DNA of 64,000 nucleotides from the NCBI RefSeq assembly GCF_006345805.1, contig NC_042998.1, positions 113,274,001-113,338,000 on the forward strand, given 5' to 3'. This DNA comes from Octopus sinensis. Taxonomy: Eukaryota. Shown here one piece after another: positions 27,986 through 40,259 of the stretch (its first letter is position 1; each line of letters starts with the position of its first letter). The notes under the pieces were generated by a model that saw only the letters and a list, made by a program, of their open reading frames with translations, did not search any database and was not told the origin of the DNA. The position numbers were made by a program, and so were the translations under genes.

Positions 27986-28432
27986 TATATACATATATAT
28001 ATGATGATATATATATATATATTAATATGAAAAAACCCTCCAGGCTACATCCCGAAAATTCATTTCTTTGCTGAATTTCTACAATGTTTACAGCGATTCG
28101 TTTTTATATCTTGATTTTTTACTCAGCTCAGATTTTTCATGCAATTTACGCATACTTGCACGCGTGGTGAACACAGTTCACGTCAAACAGCTGACTGAGT
28201 AAAGTTCACTATTCAATGCATGGGATAAGGCCTAAACAAACACATTATCAATTTTTGCACTTGTGAGATGAATTTCGGAAAAGAAATAGCGCAGTTCAAT
28301 TTTCATTCGCCTAAACTTTAAGTGACCCACTTTTGGTGGTTCTACGATTTGTTGGCTTGGAGGAGATGTGCCAGGAAGTTAAACATACAGACACACACAC
28401 AGACACACAAGTTGAGTTTTATATATATAGAT
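27694..28432 (+). mobile_element. Non-autonomous Helitron/Helentron-like element
   Basis: 5' ACTAGCAGTATCGCCCGGCGTTGC and 3' (CA)n...TTTTATATATATAGAT ends resemble such elements. Confidence 0.5.
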
Positions 28433-28459
28433 GAATGATATCTGAAAATGATATTATGA

Positions 28460-29850
28460 AGAGTGTGCTACTCACCCAACACTGATTAACACCACTCACT
28501 GCCTCTAAGTCCTAAGTCCTTCAGTCCAGTTCTTTTTCTTTTTTTTCCATCACTTAGTGACATCATTCTCTCCATGCATTCATAACCTTTTTCACCGGGA
28601 GTGGGGGTCTACAAGATTTTGTGATGTCTGCTCTTTCTTTTTCTTTTTTTCTTGTGGGAAGATGGGGTGGGTAGGTTTGGTGTCTGTATGGGGAGGGTGG
28701 GTCTGAGTGGTCTTGGGTGGGATGGAGTTGGACTGAGGTACCACATCACATTCAGTGTTCTTTCTTTTCTTCTTTTTCCTTCTACTCTCTGTTACTACCC
28801 ATTCTTCCTTCCTCCTTTCCTCCATCTTTCTTTTCTTCCTTTCTTTTCTCCTACGTCTCCACAACTGGTTTGTCTGTTGTTTCATCAATTGTTTTCTTCT
28901 GTAGAGGGCAGTATGCTCTAATGTGGCCCTTTAGGCCACATTTAAAATATGGGACTCTGCCCTCCACCCACACTCTTAACACAATTTCTCCCAACATCAC
29001 CGTCTTGGCCAGCTTCTCCAGCTGCTTCTCCTCCACCTGCAGGATGAGATCCAGTGATTTCCTTCTCCATCCTCCTTCCGTTTCCATGGCTTGGAGGACA
29101 GCCACCTCCTCCTCACTTCCTATGAGGACGGCGGCCGTGACCCAAGCCACTTCTATATCAGGTGGGATTGCTTCCACCCTTACCTTGATAGTCTTTCTTC
29201 CGAGATATGTGGCTGCCACACTGACCCGTATAGGACACCCACTTTGTTGGCAATTATATATATATATTGCAAACGGGGAGAGAACTCCCTACTATGACTG
29301 TGACACACTCGCCAGCCTCCTCTCCTCCTCCACTGCCCTAAACTGGACAACCACTGTCCTGCATTTACATCCTTTGGTTATATACATTATTTGGTTTGGC
29401 GGTTTCCTTAGCGCTTTTTCTATTATTTCCGCTTCCACCTGTTCAGCCTTTTTGTTCTTTAGTGAGTGCACCCTATAGATGATAGATTTCCTCTCCATTT
29501 GCTCCATGATTCTTTTAGGCAGCGACAACTTCACGTCGCCACCCACCTTCTGCGTCATTTTTCCATATTCCTTTAGTCCAGCCAGGTCTACATCTATTTT
29601 CTTCACCTCTGCTGCCTCAGAAAAACTTCTTGTTCTCTCCAATATTCCATCCATTCTTCTCACTGCCTTCACCAGCTCCTCCTCCACTGAAGACGATTCA
29701 GACCCGCTAAAGTCTGAGTACATTTTCTCAAATCCGCTGCCAAGCAGCACAAAAATCCTGTCCGACAGTCAAAAAAACAAACCAGCAACTGAATCAACAC
29801 AGGCACAATAACCAGTAAGCAACCTACTTACCTCACAGCCACTCCTGTGC
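28460..29850 (-). mobile_element. Non-LTR retrotransposon ORF1 (L1/Tx1-like) remnant with a zinc knuckle
   Basis: ORFs 29292-29750 and 28851-29219 are consecutive, split by a short insertion, and end in VEGRVPYFKCGLKGHIRAYCP (degenerate CCHC). Confidence 0.7.
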
Positions 29851-29938
29851 CTATATATATAAATATTTATAGCCTCAAGAAGACGTCTCTACCAGCTGGC
29901 TAACACATCACATTCTGTTGCTCAGAGATTTAATATAG

Positions 29939-29995
<57 letters not shown>

Positions 29996-30320
29996 GGCTG
30001 TTATTTCTAGTGGGTGAATGGCCTATTATGGCCGTTCCTTGATTGTTGATGTTGAACTTAAAAATGGTCTATGACTATTTAATTTTTTCCCACTAGGCCG
30101 CTGGTGGCAAAAAAATTCTACAAAATTTTTTTTTTTTTTTTGCCACCCTATATTGATTAATTATGAATTTTCTGGTTAATTCCGTAATGGAATCGACGGC
30201 TTATATTTATTTGCTGCCGATAAATTTGGCGCGAGTGCGATGATTTGAAAATTTTAGGTCAGATATTACCTTGGCAGGGTCGGAGATGCCTCGTGAAAAT
30301 ATCTGTTCCGACTTGTGGCT

Positions 30321-30427
30321 ATTTCTTACTGATGAATCTGAGGGCCTATGGAAGATTGGCTTGATTTAATTTAATCAGGTTAGTTTACCATTAAACAGCA
30401 GACGAAACGGTGCATCGTATAAGAAAT
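30321..30427 (+). ncRNA. Type I hammerhead ribozyme, copy 1
   Basis: Stem I ATTTCTTA/TAAGAAAT (8 bp); CTGATGA at 30329-30335; stem II TCTG/CAGA with a long internal hairpin; GAAA at 30404-30407; stem III ACGGT/ATCGT; GUA cleavage triplet ending at 30419. Confidence 0.85.
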
Positions 30428-30817
30428 TACAGGGTAAATGTTTTTTAAATTTTCTCCTGTTTACGGAATTGACTTTTATTTGCGGTTGAAGCTTTGGCTG
30501 TTATTTCTAGTGGGTGAATGGCCTATTATGGCCGTTCCTTGATTGTTGATGTTGAACTTAAAAATGGTCTATGACTATTTAATTTTTTCCCACTAGGCCG
30601 CTGGTGGCAAAAAAATTCTACAAAATTTTTTTTTTTTTGCCACCCTATATTGATTAATTATGAATTTTCTGGTTAATTCCGTAATGGAATCGACGGCTTA
30701 TATTTATTTGCTGCCGATAAATTTGGCGCGAGTGCGATGATTTGAAAATTTTAGGTCAGATATTACCTTGGCAGGGTCGGAGATGCCTCGTGAAAATATC
30801 TGTTCCGACTTGTGGCT

Positions 30818-30924
30818 ATTTCTTACTGATGAATCTGAGGGCCTATGGAAGATTGGCTTGATTTAATTTAATCAGGTTAGTTTACCATTAAACAGCAGAC
30901 GAAACGGTGCATCGTATAAGAAAT
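30818..30924 (+). ncRNA. Type I hammerhead ribozyme, copy 2
   Basis: Same sequence as copy 1; predicted cleavage after 30916. Confidence 0.85.
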
Positions 30925-31313
30925 TACAGGGTAAATGTTTTTTTAATTTTCTCCTGTTTACGGAATTGACTTTTATTTGCGGTTGAAGCTTTGGCTGTTA
31001 TTTCTAGTGGGTGAATGGCCTATTATGGCCGTTCCTTGATTGTTGATGTTGAACTTAAAAATGGTCTATGACTATTTAATTTTTTCCCACTAGGCCGCTG
31101 GTGGCAAAAAAATTCTACAAAATTTTTTTTTTTTGCCACCCTATATTGATTAATTATGAATTTTCTGGTTAATTCCGTAATGGAATCGACGGCTTATATT
31201 TATTTGCTGCCGATAAATTTGGCGCGAGTGCGATGATTTGAAAATTTTAGGTCAGATATTACCTTGGCAAGGTCGGAGATGCCTCGTGAAAATATCTGTT
31301 CCGACTTGTGGCT

Positions 31314-31420
31314 ATTTCTTACTGATGAATCTGAGGGCCTATGGAAGATTGGCTTGATTTAATTTAATCAGGTTAGTTTACCATTAAACAGCAGACGAAA
31401 CGGTGCATCGTATAAGAAAT
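31314..31420 (+). ncRNA. Type I hammerhead ribozyme, copy 3
   Basis: Same sequence as copy 1; predicted cleavage after 31412. Confidence 0.85.
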
Positions 31421-33498
31421 TACAGGGTAAATGTTTTTTAAATTTTCTCCTGTTTACGGAATTGACTTTTATTTGCGGTTGAAGCTTTGGCTGTTATTTC
31501 TAGTGGGTGAATGGCCTATTATGGCCGTTCCTTGATTGTTGATATATATATATATATATATATCATCATCGTCGTCGTCATCATTTAAAGTCTGCTTTCC
31601 GTGCTGGCATGGGTTGGACGATTTGACTGAGGACAGGTGAACCAGATGGCTGCACAGGCTCCAATCTGATCTGGCAGAGTTTCTACAGCTGGATGCCCTT
31701 CCTAATGCCAACCACTCCAAGAGTTTAATGAGTGTTTTTACATGCCACCAGTATGAGGGCCAGTCAGATGGTTCTAGCAACGGCCATGCTCAAATGGTGT
31801 TTTTTATGTGCCACCTGCACAGGAGCCAGTCCAGCGGCACTGGCAACGACCTCATTCGAATGTTTTTTTCGCGTGCCACTGGCATTTTTATGTGCCACCG
31901 ACATGGAAGCCAGTCAGCAACACAGAATGTGGTGTCATTAGCCAGCTGGAAGAGATGTCTTCCTGGGGCTATAAACGTCAGTAGCAATGTCCCTTATAGG
32001 ACACCCACTTGGTTGGCAATTATATATATATATACCTGTCATATATATATATATATCACCATCATCATTTAGCGTCCGTTTTCTATGCTAGCATGGGTTG
32101 GACGGTTCAACTGGGGTCTGTGAAGCTGGAAGGCTTCATCAGGCCCAGTCAGATCTGGCAGTGTTTCTACAGCTGGATGCCCTTCCTAACGCCAACCACT
32201 CCGTGAGTGTAGATATATATATATATATTACATGCAGGTATGTATCAAGCTATTTCATTGCCAATGATTTATAGGTAGGGAAATTCAAAACTAGAATTAA
32301 CACTTTTTACTTTATTGTAATATATATTGCAAATGGGAAGAGAACTCCCTACTATGACTGTGACACTGTTTTTTTCTATATATTGTGTGCTGGGTTAGAC
32401 TGCCGCTATGTCTAGCAGATGAGTATCCATCACTGAAGGTGATCTGATAAGATTGAAATCATGTGATATGGTGGTCTCCAAACTAGGATAGTAGGAAGTT
32501 CTCTCCCACTTACAATATATATTATGTGTGAAGCATATTGAATAGCCAGCTGGAGGAAGTGTCCTTATGAGGTTAAAATAGTAGTATTGTCTGTTCTTAA
32601 AGAACATTCATGTTTAGTGGAAATGAACATTACATCTAGTATTTTATTTCTATTTATATATGTTCTTCAGGATCTTAGAAAACTTATCACTCATGAGCCA
32701 ATGAGGAAGCTTCTGTAAAGTAGGTTCATTTTCAAGTAATAAGAACATGTTGAATAACAAAGTCTGATACATTATGCTGCAGAGTTTTAGAATAGCTGTC
32801 TCATGAAGCCCTATACATCATGGGAACTGTAAAGGTTACAGAAGTGGGAGGCAAAAATGAAAAAACAAAAAGGAAAAAAAATAAAACTGGAATTTTCGGT
32901 ATGACAAATCCTTATTAAGTGGAATTGTAATTTCAGTTGTATGAAATATGGGAATATTAAAAGGGGTGAAAAATATATACTTTTCCTTTTCTAAAAGCTA
33001 TGGGACTATTTTGTTCAATGAGTGATACATCTTTTTAATACTAAATGCTTCACACAGTTCAACCCTGAAAAGTGCCATGGACATTGTTATTTCTATTCCT
33101 ACTAAATCTTTAAAATTTATACAAATGTCCCTCAATCCATATTCCAATATCTCAGGAAAAAACATTGGATTGTGTAAAATAGAATACATTATTCCTTAAA
33201 AAAAGATGGGCAGTCATCACTTGAATGCATTTATATTTATTTATGTCCCATCTTTTTTTTAAAGACAAAGTGTAACTAGAGCTTGATTAACCAGTATCTC
33301 ATTCCTTTTGATGACAATAGGATGTGATTTTAGTAGTATTTGGCTATTCTTAATAGATTAAATGATCACATACAGGCCTCCGTTCTAGGGATGGTACAGT
33401 GGTTACAATTATTGGCCAAATAATACTGTAAATGGCAATGATCTGTGAGCTGATCAGGATATTTTCCATTTCAATGCCTTTGATTCAAACCATACCTA

Positions 33499-33800
33499 GT
33501 GGAAGCACATGGCCTAGTGGTTAGAGCAGCGAACTCACGGTTGAGGAGTCACGGGTTCGAATCTCAAACTGGGCAATGTGTGTGTTTATGAGCAAAACAC
33601 CTAAGCTCCATGCGGCTCCGGCATAAGGTAATGGCAAACTTCTGCTGACTCTTTTGCCACAACTTTCTCAGACTCTTTCCTCCTGCATCTTGCAACTCAC
33701 CTGCGACAGACCGGTGTCCCATCCAGGTGGGGAACCTATATGGCAAGGAAACTGGGAAACCGACCCTTATGAGTCAGGCGTGGCTCAAGAAGGAACAAAC
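33499..33800 (+). mobile_element. tRNA-derived SINE
   Basis: A box TGGCCTAGTGG and B box GGTTCGAATCTC; body related to 53791-54089. Confidence 0.75.
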
Positions 33801-35255
33801 ACAAACCATACCTACACCAACTTTGTGTGTCTTATTCTAGTAGATGGGTAACCAACAGAACTACAATATATTAAAGTACCTGTCATTGATGATGGTTCAG
33901 TAAATCTGTCATGTTACTTTTTCTTATTGTGCCTTGTGCAATGGGTGTGTATGTGCCTGAGACAGTAGTAGCAAGTTTGCTTATACTTGTGAATACATAT
34001 TCAAGTGATTCTGAATTTGGTGGAGTATATATATTCCAGTGAATCTAAATATGATTAGCTATATCAAGCAATTTTTATTGCATGGGGATGAGGGAAAAGG
34101 CTACTATATATGTATTGTTTGATGGGTCCCTTGAAGGAAGGCAATGGCTAAGTGTATCTAGCACTGTGGTTACAGCAAATAAGACGAACTGCAAAAGATG
34201 TACTTGATGTGCTGAGCTGAGTAAACTTTCTCTATATACACCATGGTCAGAGCAAGAGCAGAAAAAGTAGTACAGAAAATATAGTCAGTGTTGCTTATTG
34301 AAATGGCAGTTAAAGTTAGCAAGTTTGATCAGGTTAAGCTGTTTGGTGAGTTGATGGCAGATGAAAATGGAATACTGCAGTGGGAATTACCATTAGCAGC
34401 AGTGTCTGACAGAACTGATATCAAGAATTAGAGTTTGGGGTAACACAGACATGGAAACAATCACTGAAGGCACAGGTACTAGGATAAATATATGTAGTAC
34501 TGAATGTATGTTGTTTAAGCCAAAGAGTCAAAAAGATATGTACAATAAAAGTTAAGTGCTCTGGGAAAGCAAAATCATTCATGGGAAAAATAGAATAGCA
34601 AGAAATCTTAATCATCATCATCATCAACACCACCACCACATTTTTCATCATCATCATAATTTAACTGCTGCTTTCTATGCTGACATGAGCTGGACAGTTT
34701 GACAGGATATGGCAAGCTGCAGGACTACACCAAGTTCCAGAAAGCAAAAATTAAAAGCAAAACAAAAAGCATGCAACAAAAACTAATGAGAAAGAGGAAG
34801 AAGAAAAAGAAAGGCAAACTGTCTGAAGTCACATATTCTATTGCCATCAACTGAGAAATATTGCTGAAATGAAAATTTCAAGGACATATAAGAAGAAAGT
34901 ATATGATGAGTTTAAGAGATCCATAAACACAGATGATTATGCGGAATAAACTCATAGGAGAAGGTTGATTTTGCATGTCTGGATGCAAGGTGCAGGTTGT
35001 GTATTAATTTAAAGTAGTTTTCCACATCAGTCTTCCATACTTCTGGCAGTGTAGTCTTTAAGGGTACAAAGCAATTGCTTTGAGTGCAAGTCTTTATTGC
35101 AATTATAAAATTTACAGTGTGAGAGCACCAAGCTGCACATACGTTGGTTGATGATCACCAGTTTTAACATAATGTATGTAGTAGGCTACATATTTTTTGT
35201 AATTAGGTTTTCATGTATTGGAAACAGGGCTGCTTAGTTTGACTGCATTTATATA

Positions 35256-36536
35256 CGAGGGGCGTTCAATAAGTAATGCCTCTGACCCACTTGCAGTTGT
35301 TTGATCTAGCTGAAATTTTGCATGTGCAATTACCTATATCTCTATAGATTAAGTGGCAAATTACAGCTCTGAACTAATTGTGGTTTCTGATTTACAGGTG
35401 CTTGAACTGAGTCAAGTGTGAAACGGAGCCTGTTGAGTGTCGAGCAGTGATGCGGTTTTTGTATTTGAAAGGACGCACACCACGGGAGACTTTTGATGAA
35501 ATAAAAGTAACTTATGGTGATGATGCTCCATCATATGACCTTGTAAAACGCTGGCATCGTGAATTCAAACATGGTCGGAACTTTTTGGAAACAGCTCCCA
35601 GATCTGGTCGCCCCCTTCTGCCATTGATGAGGCATCTGTCCGTCAAGTTGAGGCTGCCATTTTGGAAGATCGACGCATAACTATTCGCCAAATAGCCCAT
35701 GAGGTCAAGATTAGTACCGGGTCTGTGGAAACTATCATTCATGACCATTTGCATATGCAAAAGGTGTCTGCCAGATGGATTCCCAGGTTGCTCACACCTT
35801 TCCAGAAGCAAGAACGCGTCGATAGCGCGAGGATGAATTTGAAGATGTGCCAAGAAGATGAGTCAAAATTTTTCAAAAGACTGATTACACAAGATGAAAC
35901 CTGGGTCCATCACTATGATCTAGAGACCAAAGCCCAGTCAATGCAGTGGAAGCACCGTGACTCACCTCCTCCAAAGAAGGCAAGGGTGCAGCCCTCCGCT
36001 GGCAAGGTCATGCTCACAGTCTTCTGGGACCAGGACGGAGTAGTGATGACAGATTTCTTGGCAAAGGGTGCCACAATTACAGGAGTCTATTATGCTTCAC
36101 TTTTGAGGAAATTAAGAGAAGCTATCAAAATCAAGAGGCGGGGCAAGATCAGCAAAGGCATCCTCCTCCTGCAGGACAACGCTCCAATCCACAACTCACG
36201 TGTCGCCAGATCAGAAGCACAGGCGTGCGGCTATGAACTCATCCCCCATCTCCTGACCTGCACCCTCTGATTTTCACCTCTTCCCAGCCATGAAGTTGTT
36301 TTTGAAAGGAAAGTGTTTCCCAGATGATGTAGCCTTGATTTCTGAAGTCACGTCGTGGTTGGAGGACCAAGCTGGGGTCTTCTACAAAAACGGTCTTCAG
36401 AGCTGCATCAAACGACGGGAAAAATGCGTAACTCTGGGTGGTTCCTATGTAGAAAAAGACTAATAACTGTGCCAAGTTTCGTTGCTCTACTGCTATGGGA
36501 AGTGGGTCAGGGGCATTACTTATTGAACGCCCCTTG
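35256..36536 (+). mobile_element. Mariner (DD34D-type) transposon, full length with a frameshifted transposase
   Basis: TA-flanked TIRs CGAGGGGCGTTCAATAAGTAATGCC / GGCATTACTTATTGAACGCCCCTTG; WIPRLLT, QDETW and QDNAP motifs; damaged YSPDL region; 1281 bp. Confidence 0.95.
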
Positions 36537-38427
36537 TATGTTCTTCAAGATCTTAGATAACCATTCGATGACTGGTGTCTGTGCTAGAGGAGTGCAAAGA
36601 GCATCGTACGAGTGTGATCATTGACAGAGCGGCTAACTGGCTTCCGTGCCAGTGGTACTTAAAAGGCACCATTCGAGTGTGATCGTTACCAGCATCGCCT
36701 TACTGGCACCTGTGCCAGTGGCATGTGTAAAAGATTCGAGCGAGGTCGTTGCCAGTACTGCCTGACTGGCCCCGTGCCAGTGGCACGTAAAAGCACCCAC
36801 TACACTCTCGGAGTGGTTTGCGTTAGGAAGGGCTTCCAGCTGTAGAAACTCTGCCAGATCAAGATTGAAGCCTGGTGCAGCCATCTGGTTCGCCAGCCCT
36901 CAGTCAAATTGTCCAACCCATGCTAGCATGGAAAGCGGACGTTAAACAATGATGATGAAAGATGAGAGATGTAAAGGTTTCACTTCATCATAATGTGTCT
37001 GTTGTTAAGAGGATTGTATCAGACATAATGGTCTAATACAGGACTACAGGAAAAGAAAGTCCTTTTCATAAAGTCATGTATATGTTAACTGGTTCTTTAG
37101 TTATGCTTGGTAAAACATTGTAGCCAATGCCAGCTAAATAAACAGTTAAGTTGTTAGAATATGAACAAGAGAGGAAAGAGCAAGAGAGAAGGAGAGAGAG
37201 AAAGAAGAGAGAGAGAGAAAAAGAGGAAAGAGATTGTAATACAAGTATCATTTGCTATAGATTGTTGACAAGTCAGGCTGTCAAATTGAAAAGCTGATAG
37301 CCAAATGGTGACCTCAATGAATACTTGACAGTGCTTGTTTCTTTTGTCATCTCTTGTTTCTTGATGAAAGCTTATATTAAGGTACACTGATTCACAGTCA
37401 ATGACCTTAATTGGTCAGTTTAATGATGGTGTTAGTCAAGTGGATGTGTCTTTAAAACCCTTAGTGGTCAGCTTTATGTTGATGCCATCAATCAGTTTGA
37501 TGTGTCCAGTTGTTCATTAAGAATTTCATGAATGAAAAATAATAGGTTCCAGTTTTATATTTATGCAGACACCTGCTATACATTGAAGTTGGTTGAGTTC
37601 TGAGGATGTTAGAGATAAAGAAATGAATTACAAGTGATCCAAATCACATAACACAATGATAACAGCAAAGTAATGACTGCCAACAAATTCAGTGGCAAAT
37701 ATATCTTATTCATGAATGGATGTTCCTGGGAACTTTTATAAGCTGATGATGACTGGTCAACCTGGTTTTCATATCAAAATATATCAAAATACCACAAAAA
37801 TCAGTTCCAAATCTGGAATTATGGTCTACGGTTAAAGACTTGAGATGTTCAACACAGAAAAGATTGAGTACTAAATTCACAGCAGACAGTCACAAAGTAT
37901 CGGCACCATCTTTGAAGTGGTCTTGCATGATATGGTAAAAGCAGTGTGCAGGGACCTTTTATCTTTCATCTTTTACTTGTTTTAGTCATTAGACTGTGGC
38001 CATGCTGGGGCACTGCCTGGAAGAATATTGGTCGAACAAATTGACCCCAGTACTTATCTTTTTTTCTTTTTAAGCTCAGTACTTATTCTATTGGTCTCTT
38101 TTCCCAAACCACTAAGTCACAGGAACATAAACAAACAAACACCAGTTGTCAAGCAGTGGTGGGAGACAAACACAGACACAAAGGTACACACACACACACA
38201 CACACATGACAGGCTTGTCTCAGTTACCACCTACCTAATGCACTCACAAGGCTTTGGCTTGCCCAAGGTGTCATACAGTGGGACTGAACCTGGAACCATG
38301 AGGTTGGGAAGCAATCTTCTTACCATACAGCCATGCCTGCATCTGTAGAGCCACACCTGTGTCTATATGGTCACACTTATGCCTATATATAATTCTTTCA
38401 AATTTTGGCACAGTGCCAACAATTTTT

Positions 38428-39128
38428 AGGAGAGAGACTTGGAGACACCACTATGAAAGATTGTCAAATGAAGAGAATGAATGGGAGAAAGAGAGTCAGC
38501 CAAATATCGATCCAACAGAGGGACCAGCTATTCAAATTAACAGTACCTTGGTAGATAAAGCATTTAAGGGTATGAAGACAGAGAAAGCCCCAGACCATCA
38601 GGAATCACTACAGAGATGCTTAAAATATCTGGCGATGTAGGCTATAGTCTAGTCATCCATATAGTCAGCCAGGTGATACAAGAAGGAGTCATATGCAATG
38701 ACTGGTGTAGCAGTACCATAGTCAACTGCTACAAAAATAAAGGTGACACATTAGATAGAAATAATTACAGAGGTATCAAATTGTCACGGAAGGGGTCATA
38801 GCCCAACTAATTAGGGAGAGGGTTAGTTTAAATGAGATGCAGTTTGGTTTTGTGCCAGGCAGAAGCACCACTGATGTTATATTTCTGGTAAGACAGCTGC
38901 AGAAGAAATTCCTAACCAAAGATAAACCTCTGTACTTAGCCTTTGACAGGGTCACCCGATCCCTTATCAATGCAGAAACTAGGATGATTAGTGAAAGCTG
39001 TTCAAGCCATGTACAGGGATGCTGTCAGTAAGGTGAGGGTTGGCAACGAGCATAGTGAAGAATTCCGAGTAGAAGTAGGGGTTCACCAAGGATCAGTCCT
39101 CAACACCTCTTATTCATCATAGTCCTCC
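38428..39128 (+). mobile_element. RTE-clade LINE RT fragment
   Basis: NYRGIKL, QFGFVPGRSTTDVIFLVRQLQ, LAFDRV and GVHQGSVL motifs. Confidence 0.85.
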
Positions 39129-40259
39129 ATGATGATGATGATGATGATGATGTATATATCATTATCATCATTTAGCATCTGTTGTACATGCTGGAATGGG
39201 CTGGACAGTTTGACCAGAGTTGGTAAGCTGAGGGGCTACACCAGACTCCAGTCTGGTTTAGCATGTTTGTTATGACTGGATGCCCTTCCTAATGCCAGTC
39301 ATTTCAAGAGTGTAATGGGTGATTTTACGTGCCACAGGCAATGGGTGCTAGTTGTGTGATACCAATATCTGCCACAACTACGATTTCACTTGCCAGAGGT
39401 CTCAGTCATTTATCATTGCCTCCTTGAGGCCCAGCGTTCAAAAGGTGCTTTTTATGTGCCACCACCATTGGTGCTAGTTACGCAACACTGGCATGTGCCA
39501 CGTTTCCTCTGTGAGGCCCAATGCTTGAAAGCTGCTTTTTATGTACCATTAGTATGGGTGCCAGTTACATGACACCAACAATAGACACAACTATGATTTC
39601 ATTTGACCTGAGACAATTATTGCACTTGGCAATACTGATGACTACAAACATGCTGGCTGGAAACACAGCCCCTTTTATGCTGGAGCTATATACAATCTTG
39701 GCTGGCTCAGTGTTAGTAAAATAACTGAAACAAAACACTGAAAAGTTATAACATTTTCCAAGAGGGAAAGAAGAGTTGCCCCTTACAGATAGATGTCAGC
39801 TATGACTGAAGCATGTGAACTGTATATGTGTACATGTTTGTCATTCTCTATTCCAAAAATGGGGATGACCATATTACTAAAACAAATTTCCATTCATAAG
39901 GATATTTTTTTGTCTTTGAAGTCCAGGAAAGCACTTACAACTTGCAAATTTTTTTGGAATGATTTTCCAATTTGCCACACAAAACAACTTGCAATATCTA
40001 CTTTCATTAAGATAAGGTACTGACTGTGCATTAATTTTCAGATAACTTTGTATAGAATTGCAATATATATAGCCAGCTAATGTTGTAACATTGTGCCTCT
40101 CTTGGATTCAAAAGAGGGTATGTGATTATTTAGCCAGACCCTAAAAGGGTTCACCATTGTCCCTACATATTTTCCTCTGTGTGTGTGTCCCCTTCTTTCA
40201 TTGGATGACAAAACCTCTGCTTTGTAGACCATGGCCTCTATGTTGCATTGACCATTTAC

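Larger units (their letters stand above)
29995..31543 (+). mobile_element. Tandem array of ~497 bp hammerhead-containing units (candidate non-LTR retrozyme)
   Basis: Units start at 29995, 30495, 30992 and 31488 (the last is ~56 nt). Copies are nearly identical and non-coding, (TA)n flanks both sides, and each full unit has one hammerhead core. Confidence 0.82.

Noticed and set aside
28717-29478. 253 aa plus-strand ORF
   Set aside because: Antisense shadow of the purine-rich retrotransposon ORF1 on the minus strand.
30263-30290. ATATTACCTTGGCAGGG...GAGATGCC resembles the U1 snRNA 5' end, suggesting a U1 gene array
   Set aside because: The similarity stops after ~25 nt, there are no U1 stem-loops or Sm site, and the segment is explained by pairing with CAGGGTAA downstream of the hammerhead.
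33499-33575. tRNA-like sequence (also at 53791-53865)
   Set aside because: No proper acceptor stem, and it runs into a repeat body, so it is a SINE head rather than a tRNA gene.
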